From NCBI RefSeq assembly GCF_001194135.2, contig NC_068987.1, positions 60,074,386 to 60,138,385 of the forward strand: a DNA stretch of 64,000 bases. The letters run 5' to 3'. The stretch's first letter is position 1; each line of letters starts with the position of its first letter. The position numbers and the translations under genes are program-made. Below the pieces are notes generated by a model that did no database searches, was not told the origin of the DNA, and saw only the letters and a program-made list of their open reading frames with translations. Below are positions 11,945-23,382 of the stretch, piece by piece. The DNA comes from Octopus bimaculoides (lineage: Eukaryota).

Positions 11945-13710
11945 TAATATTAGAACTTATATAATAACGATGTAATACTAATTCCTAAGTGTTAACATGT
12001 TTCAAAGGGGTTTCCTGTACGGACTGAATTATGTTAAGTTATTGGAACCTGAATTTTATATCTATTTCATAAATGATTTGCTACCTTGTGAGGAGCTGTA
12101 TACACAGAGGTTGGTTTTATAGTTGCGCATCATATGAAGAGAGAGACCAGCTAAATTTAGACAAGAATTCTTAGTTATACAGCAGACATTAATATCAACG
12201 TTGTTAATAGCCTGGATATAAATGCAAATTTATACTATATTATTTCTCTTACCAAACTTCTCCTTTTTAGCATAAATAAACAAATATTATCATTACCTTC
12301 AGGGGCGGCCACGTTCAATAGTGATTTGCATTATTGTAATGAGTATCTCCGTAATAACTTTACTAATAAAATAAAATACACATCCTGCTCCAAAGTCCTG
12401 AAGCATAAAAATAGATAAGGAAATATTATATGCTAGATACAGCCTAGAATTCTGTGCAAATATCGTTAGAGAATTCTGAAAAGAAATGTTCTTTTTTATT
12501 TATTTTCTGATGATTCGGTGATAGCATAAGACTTACGTGGACATTCGAATGATATAAACTATTCTTTTTAAAATCTTCCAAGGTGCATTAACTATTTCAA
12601 TTTTAGGAAATCTTTCTTCAACGGCATAGTGCTTCTACTTGTAACTGAATTAATCTGAACAATTAATCCATTAACGGTAATTGCACGTCGAAAGCTCCCA
12701 TATATTGTGTTTAAGTTCAGCTTGATAATGAGTATTCTTTTTAATTATATTTGTTTGATTGAGAGTTTCTTTAAAGTTCGCTTTTATCAACATATCCCTA
12801 CATTTAAGAAAACGGGGAAAAAACATCCCCGAGCCTTTCCAATAACATTTTAACATAAACAGAATTGACGGCATTTAAACTTTCATCTGATAAATTCTAG
12901 GCCACGCAACATGGCAACAACATGAAATGGGTGCGTACGGAGCCATGTAAGCATTGGTGTTATGTTCAATTCCCAGTGGTTCGGCCCGTCTTTTTTCCGC
13001 CAATTGTTTGTGTTCAGTCGATTTAAGTGGAGCATATATTATTGTAAATAGCATATAATCATAGTTATTATTTAAAAAGACGTATGTGTGTCGCTCTTCT
13101 CCGTAATTTAATCCTTCGGATTTGTTTACATATATATGTGTATACATGTATACATGTGTGTGTGTGTTGTATATAGTTATATGTACATATATATTAAGAT
13201 ATATATACATACATTTATATAAACACATGTAAAAGTATATATATAATGTATATATATATATATATATATATATAACTGTTACGTTTCTCAGAATCTATTA
13301 TTAAACCTTAAACTCCATCGATCCAGGTTTTTTCACAATTTGTTGTTAGTCACTACATCATCACTATATATTGAAGTAGTGTATAGGAATACTTATTTTC
13401 TCCTTATGTTGATATATAAATGCAAGAAATAACGATAATTACAATGGAGTATCGAGAAGAAAACAAAACAGTGGAAGTATTACGTATCAAATATTCAATA
13501 TTAAATCTGTTTCTTTTATTTACTGAATGTAGTTAAAAGACGTATACAGATTATAGACGATTATATAAATAATATTTGCATATTATTATCATTCAAGTAA
13601 ACAATAAATAAAAGAAGTTTTAAATTATTATATATTAATTTTGAAATATACGAAGAACGCAAAAGAATGACAACTAAAAACTGATATTTATAACAAATAG
13701 TATTGTAATG

Positions 13711-14006
13711 GGAGGCGCAATGGCCTAGTGGTTAGGGCAGCGGACTCCCGGTCTGAGGATCGCGGTTTCGATTCCCAGACCGGGTGTTGTGAGTGTTTAT
13801 TGCGCGAAAACACCTAAAGCTCCACAAGGCTCCAGCAAGGTGGGATGAACCCTGCTGTTCTCTTTCACCACAACTTTCTTCTTGTTTCTAAATGTTAACC
13901 TGCTCGCTTAGCCAGCGGGGTGGCGTCATTCGAAGGCTAAAACAACGCGAAGCGCATTGTGGCCAGCGCTGTGTAGCAGCATCTGATTACCTGGTCGGTC
14001 ACGTGA
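13711..14006 (+). mobile_element. tRNA-derived SINE, head D + tail X
   Basis: ggaggcgcaatggcctagtggttagggcagcggactc (A box) and cggtttcgattcc (B box); head and body homologous to the reverse complement of 36020-36190. Confidence 0.85.
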
Positions 14007-14644
14007 ATAGTGTAATATTAAAATTGCAGGTATGAGGAAATGTTTTCAAGAAACTGTTTGTTTTTTGTTTTGTTTTGTTTTTTTCGTTGAGAAACGTAAT
14101 TATTTATACTGTTTCTGATACATTTGTGCTAAATCTGCATTTCGTTTTTTGATTGGTTTCTTTAAAGATTTCGCCACTTGAAAAGGGTTTGGGTACGTTG
14201 TAATCCACGCATTCTTTGTAACCGAATTAAATTATTCTTTCTCATTGAAGTATTTTCCTTGTTACTTCTCCCACATCTCTGGAACATAATTCTATTTTAT
14301 TTACGTTATGTATTAAATGAAACAATAATGGAAACTTCACAGACCATTTACATCAATGATTTGGCATCTACTCGCCTTGATCTAAATCAAGAACAATTTC
14401 ATTTTTTTTAGGAATGCAATCTCAACTGAAATCAAAACAAACATAAACACCTAAAACCATAATAAAAGAATTAAACAACCAAATGACATTCTACTTTGAA
14501 TGCTGATGACGAATTTGCTCTTTCGATGAATAAACTGGCGACGAATTTTCCCTGCATAGAACTAACCGACTACTGACGGACTGTCGAACTTGCGAGGAAA
14601 TGAACTAACAACAAACTGATCTGGCAATTAAGTGACCTAGCAAC

Positions 14645-14712
14645 AATGTGATAGATAATGAATTATCCTAGCATCAAAATGTGATAGATAATGAATTATC
14701 CTAGCATCAAAA
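14645..14712. repeat. 33-bp tandem duplication within a degenerate short-unit repeat tract (~14560-14790)
   Basis: aatgtgatagataatgaattatcctagcatcaa twice. Confidence 0.85.
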
Positions 14713-15104
14713 TGACTGGCAATGAAATGATCTGGTGTGGAATGGACACGATGACTAATTGACCGAGGAAAAATAGCAATGAGAATAGCTCATATAGCAA
14801 AATAATATATTCTCTTTATGAAGAATATTCAGAATCAAACATGTGCCAAATTGCAAAAAGATAAACAACTAAAAGTAGAGAAACGTGAAACGGGGTTAGA
14901 AATATGAAATATAGTATTAGAAATATGCTACATTATTACTAAATAATCATAATCTGAAATATCCCTTCTACAATAGACAAAAGGCCTGAAATTTTATTGG
15001 GGCTAGTCGAGTACATCGGCTCCAGTGCTCAACTGGTGCTTATTTTATTGAAAAGGCAGCGTTGTTCTCAGTGGTTTTGAACTCAGAACATAAATATGTG
15101 CCAC

Positions 15105-16175
15105 TAAGCACCAAAACTTCCGTTCGTTTCTTAAGCGAAAATAAGGCAAGTTTTAAACACAAAGCAATTTATTCAATCAATAATCTAATTACCGTTTCAT
15201 TCCAGTATTTTCTGCAATATTGTTGGCTGATGCATTATTCTCTCCTCAAAGAATTTCCAGTTTCTACTGGAGGAAACTTTCTCCAGGTGAATTTTTACGT
15301 CCTCTTCAGATTTGAAGGTTTGTCCATGCAATGAACTTTGAGGAGACCGAAACAGGTGGAAATTTGAAGGCACACGGTTGGGTGACTATGGATAGTTCAG
15401 CGAAACTTACCAACCAAGCTCCAGTAACATTTGCCACGTTTGCAAAGAAGCGTGCAGTCTTGCAGCGTCGTGATGAAAGACAATATCCTTACGATTAGCT
15501 GGTGTTTGACGCTTCTGATAGATCGCTGCATTTGATTTGACTAGCTGGTCAAAGTTCCCGTCCAAATTGATAATGCTATTCATGAGAAGGTCGAAAAGAC
15601 AACATTCCAATCCCAACGAACTGAATTGAAGGCATAACTTTCAAATTGAACACAAACTTCTTCGCGTGAAATCCTTCGCTGGAAGTTGTTTGTAGTGGTT
15701 TGCCACGCTTCTCATTGTTATAAACGATCAAGTTTTGGTCCCCTGTCACCATTTTCTTCAAAACGGTATCGTTTTCTTCACTTTTCTGCGACAATGGAAG
15801 ATGAAAATCAAATGGGCAAGGTTAGTGTTATTCAATTTATGTGGGATCCAAACTTCGAGCCTAATGACGTAACCAAGTTGATACAGATGGTTTTCAATAC
15901 ACGATTGTAACCATTCTGGTCGTATACCGGAGGCGGGGTGAGAGTGGAGGTTTGGTCGTTGTTAATCTCAGTTGGCCGGCCAGAGTGAGGTGCATCTTGA
16001 ACCGAAAAATTTCCCGATCTGAATTTTGAAAACTACTTCTCGCATAAACGTTCCGTAATAGAGTCTCCTCCGTAAGTAATGCATATGTTCCTGCAGAGTT
16101 CTGTCACTTTTCTGCTTTTCTTAAATTGAAAAATCATGAGGTGTCGATAATGCTCGTTTTGATTTTCCTTTTTCG
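15105..16175 (-). mobile_element. Mariner (DD34D) transposase pseudogene
   Basis: Minus translation: ENQNEHYRHLMIFQFKK..ICITYGG..FSKFRSGNFSVQDAPHSGRP, KMVTGDQNLIVYNN, IVFHHDAARLH, SPNRVPSNFHLFRS, matching WF.KFRSG, VTGDE, HDNARPH and YSPDLAPSDYHLF. Confidence 0.9.
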
Positions 16176-16194
16176 GTATGATTTCTTGATTTTC

Positions 16195-16585
16195 CTAGCT
16201 GGAAGACAAGCACTCGGCCCTTAAGTGTCCTTTTGTCCCGTACTTAAAGCACCGAGGCTTCCTCCATTCAACATTAACTTTTAGTACTGTCTCCTTTATA
16301 AATATTCTGTCAAGTACATTTTCTAAGTCACTGAGTGCGGCTTGTACCAACATCTCGATGCTCTGCCTCGACCAATTTTGGGAGCGGAGCGTGTCACCTT
16401 TACTATTTCAATTATTTCATCTCGCTGGTACATCAGAGCGGCCACAACCCAAGCGTCCTCTGTCTGGGGTGGCACTCCTAAAATTTTCACTCAACTCTGA
16501 ACTTTTGATCTCACTCGAATCTTTATTATTTATACTTTACTTGGACCTGTCTATCTCTCGCAAGGGGGCGTCGTAACTCTCATCA
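16195..16585 (-). mobile_element. L1/Tx1-like LINE ORF1 fragment with CCHC zinc knuckle
   Basis: Minus translation ...PQTEDAWVVAAL... and ...LENVLDRIFIKETVLKVNVEWRKPRCFKYGTKGHLRAEC (C-x2-[C>Y]-x4-H-x4-C). Confidence 0.6.
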
Positions 16586-17234
16586 CAACAATAACACAAA
16601 AATATGGAAGTACAGTTTTTATCTTAAAGCATTGAATATCTTGTTCTCTTTTCGATATTTTATTCCAATTTTTTGTTATACCCCACATCTAAATAACAAC
16701 AGGAAGATAAAGTTTTCATTCATTAAGTTATGTTTATTAATGTGTTTTAGCGCGAGTTTTTAACTTTGTAACATTCTCGACCTGGTATGGCATGAATTGA
16801 CCAGCGATAATTTATTTACTATATATTCATATATGTGTGTGTGTGCTGTGTTTATGTATGTGTATCTATCTTGTAGACTGTCATAGACTGTTAAATAGGA
16901 TAGAACGTTAAACTGAATAACATCAGTACTTAGTACCTGCAAGTTCTACATTCAAATTGTGCTAGAGCACTCTTGGTCTTCCATATCTACGCAGTTGATA
17001 AAATAATACGAGAAGTGTATTTGCGTTGATCCAACGGATTAATGATGTGTGTCAATGTTTTAATCTAAGAAATTATTGCAACCTGTCTTGGAAGTTTTCT
17101 CCGAAATCTACAACGCAGCTTCAACATTCATTTGAAATACTTTTACTCTAGTTATGGTTTATAATTCCCTTGATAATAACGTTAATGAAAACCTACCTCT
17201 ATAAAATGATTGACGTCAACAGAAACTGTCAATG

Positions 17235-17460
17235 TTGTTGTTTAGCTCCATATCAGTAATATTGGAGCAGGTCTATGATCAAAAGAGTCCCAGAAATGAC
17301 TATTCAGTCTTTTATATAATCAGGACTACATTATTTAATGTGTCTTTTTTTTTATTTTGGTTCAGAGAGCAGTGAGTGATTTGTGGGAGATATTTCTTCC
17401 ATTTCTACCACGAAAACCGACGATTTTAAATGTTCCTCGGTGATTTATTGATACTTATAT
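17235..17460 (-). mobile_element. SINE-like body/tail with (AAC)n end, directly downstream of the 5S-like head
   Basis: gttgttgtttagctccatatcag...gcaggtctatgatcaaaag...ggactacattat...gatttgtgggagatatt; a more degraded relative lies at ~51520-51720. Confidence 0.5.
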
Positions 17461-17566
17461 CACCTGTGTTTTCCAAGCTGTCACCCATCTAAATACTAAC
17501 CAAGCTGGAGATTGCTAAATTTCGGTGATCAGAAGGAAGCTGGCGTTCTCGGTGTGATGTGAGCAT
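17461..17566 (-). pseudogene. 5S rRNA-derived sequence (pseudogene or SINE3 head)
   Basis: Minus strand ...tctgatcaccgaaatttagcaatctccagcttggttagtatttagatgggtgacagcttggaaaacacaggtg aligns by eye with invertebrate 5S GATCACCGAAGTTAAGCAACGTCGAGC..GGTTAGTACTTGGATGGGTGACCGCCTGGGAATACCGGGTG, including the A box, intermediate element and C box. Confidence 0.8.
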
Positions 17567-19069
17567 AATCTAAACAAAAAAGATATTGTTACTGGTGAGT
17601 GATATTTGGCAAGATTTAATCTGTTGAGATATTAAATGCGTAACTAACTGCAAGTAAAATTTATTATTGGAATGTTCATCTTTAGTAGCCATGAAGAGGT
17701 TTTGTTGTATTTGTGACCTTTGTACAATATTTTTGTCATTACAGAAGTTGTAATATCGTGTTTTTGCTATAATTAGAACTATAGTTCAGGAAAAGTCTAT
17801 ATCAATTAGCATTTTCTCTCAAGAAAAATGCGCTACAGTGACATTTATATTTTTTTCTGGAAACCACTTCTATAAGGAGTGTTATTGAACTATGGCAAAC
17901 GTTTGTGAACAATCGCCAGAAGTAGCATCTAAATAGCATCAACGTGCTGAAAGAAAATAAGTACTAGTTAATAAAATGGTTAAGTGGATTCAAATTCGGC
18001 CAAATAGAAATTGGATTTTTTAAAAAAGAAAATAATTGTATTCAATTGCTATCTCATAGTCTTCAGTTTTCTAATCTTAATATTTTTTTTTAAACATTAG
18101 ATTATGATTTCAAGGGTTAAAACATTTTAAAACGCCTTTATATTAAAGTATCACACTAGTATAAGATTCAATTAAAGGAAATAATGGCTGATTCTATATG
18201 TTTTTTTTTGCTCTAAGTTACTTATTTTCGACTCTAAATTGTCTGTGGCTCGACAACAACAATCTTCAAGTAGCGACTCACATAATTTCAGTTTTGAATA
18301 GATAGCAACTGTATTTAATTTCAAAAATATCGTCTACCCTCAGTGCAAACGCTCAACAATACAATGTTAAGATTTAGTGTCAAAGAAATAAGTTTCACGA
18401 GATATTGAATAAAGCTGTACAATTATTAAAAAATTTCCCGAAGATTTGTAATACATTTATTGCTTCTTCCATTACTTTTATTTTCTCAAAGTATTAGTTA
18501 ATATAAAGGAAATGTAACAATAAAAGATATATTACACTGTATTCTTGTGCATAGTGCCATATAATGTAGAAGGAAAGCAGTGTTTAACAAAATGGAGGGT
18601 GTAAGTGAAATCTGTTAACAAAATGATAAAGCTATTCAAGAAAGAAATATTGTTTTATTGGGATATGCTGTGAAATGACACGAGTACAAAATTGTCTCGT
18701 GTATCTCAAATTATTGAGTTACATCCCTTATCATACAGCATTTGAATATGAATTCTTAATTCATTTCTTACGTAAGAAAGTAATATGTTTTAAATGCCTC
18801 CTACAACTGTATGTATGATGCTTATAAATTTCAGTTCAATGATTTTAATCCCGACGTCAGATTCCTCTGGTTGATAGAAATGATCGACAAGTGTCACTTA
18901 CATTACCTTCACCACATTCTGTTCGGAGGCAAAATATCAGTTAACACTATAGAAAGCCCTGTTGCAAGTTATAGGGGGAAAAGAGATTAGCATTCATATA
19001 GTACAATACCATTTGGACATCCAGTCTTCGGTAACGTAACAGTACGAGTTGAAAGTTATTTTTGTTATC

Positions 19070-19974
19070 TATATGTTTATGTAAGCGTTTGCATGCGTCT
19101 TATGCTTGTTATCTTTTGTGCGTGTGAAAAAATAACCACTAGTTTAAGCTTTTGAAGAATTTCATACACAAGAATAAGATGCGAATATATTATGTTGAGA
19201 TCACCAATCATAATTTATCAGAAGGCAAACCGAATTTCCACGTAGTTTTGTGACAAGAAAATTTCTGACATGAAAGTCGTCTTTGTTATCGATATAGAAA
19301 TGTTGTATAAACTCGAATTTTATTCTGTCCCATTGACAAAGAGACCCAGCTACCGTTATGGCTGCCATGATTGAGTGAGAAATTCAAAGCTAGGCACATT
19401 TAGCTAGCAACATTTCCTATGAGAAGAATTAAAATTAATATTCAGAGATAGCAATACACTTACATATCCCATATTAACGCTGCTTTTCTCGGAAAAAAAA
19501 CTGATCCACTCCTCAGCACTGATATCCTTTTTAATAGACACTAACTTCAAGCTTAAGTGCCATAACGTTTGCCAAAATTCTGTACCAGGGATAAGTTATG
19601 AACCCAGTCCTCCTGCTGTATTTCAAATGGAAAATAAATGAAAAGCAGTGACAGAGATAATTGTTTTAAAGAGGTAAAAGCAACAGGGAAAAAATCTTAT
19701 TTGCTACCCATGAGCGTATACAAGCATGGAAGTATCCAGTCATATATCGTGGGCCGATTACTGAACAAAAAAGGATTGTAAGTAAAATACATGAATATAT
19801 CCTATAGAGAGCTCTACTGCTTCTTCTACTATTGGCCTTTACATGATGCTGATTTTCAAAATTAACAAGAAGTTATTGTAACGGGAAATAGATGATATTT
19901 GTCCCCTACTGAGATCCAAAAAGATGAAAGGTCAATAGAGATAGGCAGATATATACATTGAGAATGTAAACGTT

Positions 19975-20011
<37 letters not shown>

Positions 20012-20997
20012 AGGCATTTTGCCAATCATTCTGCTGGTTCTTCTATCCGCTATTCTTTCTCTTTCTATACAATATCGTAATATTGAATTTTTATCCTTGT
20101 CTTATAATCATAAATGTATAATGTGTAACAAGACGTCAAAAATATTACATGAATGGTTATTTTATTTATCTAAAAGTTGGTTACTGATCTATTATGTACA
20201 AACGCATTTTATTATTGAGAAAAGAATTACAAAATGTATTGTTTGAGCTGTTTTAAGAGGCATTAATATGTTGAGTGAAGAGAAATAAGTCCAACTGTGT
20301 CGTATTCTGTTTTGAGCAGCGAGTTACCTACCTTCAGCTAAATGAACTAGCTCATTTTCGTAGGTTCTATCAGCGCATTTTCAGCCGGTTGACTAGCAAA
20401 GTAGGGGATAAGATGCAAACGTCTGACGTCTCAGCTGATATTCCCTTTCACTTTCCACGATCACATGTATTATATAATGAAGATGAGTTGATTGCATTGT
20501 TGTTTTTGAGTGGCAACATTGACAGACTACCCAGTCGACGCAGTAAGTTTAACCTTCTATCAACCAGCTGCCCAATTAGTAAGTTTTAAAAAGTACAGCG
20601 AAAACAAATTTATACAGAAAACAGCTTGTGTAAAATATAAACTTAGTGAAAAATTAAATATAAATCAAAGGAATAATTAGGTATGTTGCAAAACATCTGT
20701 TGGATGACCTGCGTACCGGTGTGTTTGAATCTGACTTCAGAATGAAATTTAATTATGTAATTAGTTGTTTTAATGATTCGGTAAATAAGCTGCTTTGAGG
20801 ATGTTTACTTCTTGTCAGAAAACTACGTGGAAATTCGGTTTGCCTTCTCATAAATTACCATTGGTGATCTGAACATAATATATTCGCATCTTATTCGTGC
20901 GTATGATATTCTTCAACAGCCTAACCTAGTGGTTATTTCTTCACACGCACAAAAGATTGCAAGCATAAGACACACGCCTAGGCTTACACAAACATAC
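19070..20997. repeat. ~190-bp inverted repeat pair (19070-19262 / 20808-20997) around ~1.55 kb
   Basis: e.g. aataagatgcgaatatattatgtt.agatcaccaat..taatttat.agaaggcaaaccgaatttccacgtagtttt.tgacaagaa occurs in both orientations. Confidence 0.9.
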
Positions 20998-21399
20998 GTG
21001 TAACATATAAATGATATATGTGTATGTGTACATTTGTATATATATATAGCTATATGAATTACATACATATATATATGTGTGAATGTGTGTGAGTGTATGT
21101 GTGTGTGTGGGTGTGTGCGTGCGTGTGTTATATACAGATGAGCTCCCTTAAACTTTTCGCAAGAAATAGGAGCAAGGGTAACAATTGTGAACAGAATTCG
21201 CCACCAGATCCCAGAATTAGGAATAACGAAAAACTTGTAGGAAATACTCACGAACAAAAATCATTTTTAAAATCACATAAGTGATGCAAAAGAATAAATG
21301 CAGTTTCCTGGTTTTACACTTTAGAAGGTTCATTATAGAACTGCAAGCGACTTGTGATTTGATGAAATCTCTCTCAATGATTTTTTAAATAAGTTCATA

Positions 21400-22190
21400 T
21401 CTGTACTCTATTTGTTTATCACTCATGTACAATCCTGATAACTGCTTATCTGACATTGTTGACATTAAACAGGTTTTTACTCTTCGCCTATTGCTGACAA
21501 ACCGCTTGAGTAATAAAATCAATAAGTATTGAGGTAATAACAGCAGCTAGTCGAACAGATGCGAGTTAATCAGTGTGTTCAAGTAATTCCTGAAGTTTGT
21601 GTTCACATTCATCATCTGGTTTTCGAGTTTCTTTCTTTCTAACTAGATTTTAAACCAAGTAACTGCCTCAGCTTCTGCGTTTTCAATTTGATACAGATTA
21701 ATGACATATGTACACGTCTCAATGAATTATTCCTTTGTAAGCTTTTGAAGTTTTAGTAAATGAAGTGAATAAAGACGGTAAATGTGATACAAAGACTCTC
21801 TGCAAACATCTTCTATAGCTGAACCATTAAAATTGGAACGAAATGCCTGCCGATCACACTGCCTGGTAAGGGATAACTCAAAGCCTAATTTTTCAGTCAG
21901 TTGTTTGACTTTGAAAATGATTTTCTTGAATCGCTCCTCTGGCTTTTCTCTGCGGCCATTGAACCAATTTCAGCGCTTCTAGACATAATTATACAATTTC
22001 ACTACATCAAGCAGTACAACATGCAGAGCTTCTATTATTGATTCCAGTCGTACTGAATACTTTGAAATGATAATTAGACAGACGAGAAAATTTGTTGTAC
22101 GCGAAGTTCTATTGGATGAGCTTCTTGGCGTGTTTTACCTGAAGCTGTATTGGTCAGTATTAAAATCTTTGCAGACGAAATGAAGTTACT
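21400..22190 (-). mobile_element. hAT transposase relic (THAP12/ZMYM1-like C-terminal half with dimerisation domain)
   Basis: Minus translation NFLVCLIIIS..EERFKKII..LGFELSLTRQCDRQAFRSNF..EDVCRES and RRVKTCLMSTMSDKQLSGLYM, matching PR..GRQ..R.N and RLKTYLRSTM...RL.GL. Confidence 0.7.
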
Positions 22191-22576
22191 CCTACAATTT
22201 ACATTTTGCAGTCCTACTGCAGTTTCATTTTACATTTTGCAGTCCTACTTGTTTCATGTAATAGTGACACACTGTAATGTCAAGAGTAAAGTAATGATAT
22301 TTTAACTGTGGCAATAGAAATCCATATGTGTAACATTGCATTAAGGTCGTTTTCAAGATTTAGTTTATGCGCAGCAGAAAGAACTCGGGTAATTTTGGGA
22401 TCTTTGCTCTTTATTTTAGCTTGCACAACAATATGTTTTCATGTCATTGTCCTGTTGTACCTTTGGTCGCATAGTTTGGTACTGTCAGATTTAACACCAT
22501 TTTCTAAATTCATGAATGAATGCATTGACAATAAAGACAGAACACACTCGCGCGCTCACACACGTGCACACACACC

Positions 22577-22646
<70 letters not shown>

Positions 22647-22838
22647 TATTTATATAGACACATAAATATGTATATGTGCTTGTCTACGTGTGGCTTTTGC
22701 GTTTGTTTGTTTCGTATTTAAATGGTTCGATAGGAAGATCAATAAAATAAGTACAAGACTTAAAATAAGTAGTCCAATAAACGAAACCAATAAAAGAATA
22801 TCAGTATAAGAAAAACGCTTTTTCGTGGTTATTAGTTG

Positions 22839-23204
22839 TTTTGACTCTTGTTTCTAGCAATGCTGGTGCTAACTATTACTCTCAGTCACTTCAGTGACAC
22901 TTATACTACTGCCTTTTGGCTGTAAATTTCGAATAAGCCACCTTTGTTTTTTATAATTATCACTTTTACCATTTATGAAACCAGCGTACAATTTCTAAGG
23001 TAACTCTTATAAACTGACAAGACAACCTAGCTTAACCCTAGGCATCCGGGTGAGAGCCACTGACAAGAATCAATCAAATGCAAAATCACTGGTGATCTGG
23101 CTATGCCCCGATGCTGTAGGGAGTTTTCCTCCCTTGTTAGTCATAAGTGCTTTCATATGGCTATGAGTTCTTTTGACTCTTGTTTCTAGCAATGCTGGTG
23201 CTAA
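22839..23204 (+). repeat. Perfect 34-bp direct repeat flanking 298 bp
   Basis: ttttgactcttgtttctagcaatgctggtgctaa at 22839-22872 and 23171-23204. Confidence 0.95.
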
Positions 23205-23350
23205 TAGTACCCATAGTGTTTTTACTGACATCTATATATACATATATATGTGTGAGTGAGTGTGTGTGTGTACGTGCGTGTGTGAGTGTGTGTTGTGTGT
23301 GTGTGTGTGTGTGTGTGTCTGTCTGTCTGTATGTGTGTCTNNNNNNNNNN

Positions 23351-23382
<32 letters not shown>

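Noticed and set aside
13711-13790. tRNA gene
   Set aside because: A/B boxes are present but there is no complete cloverleaf, and it continues into a SINE body; same for the other SINE heads
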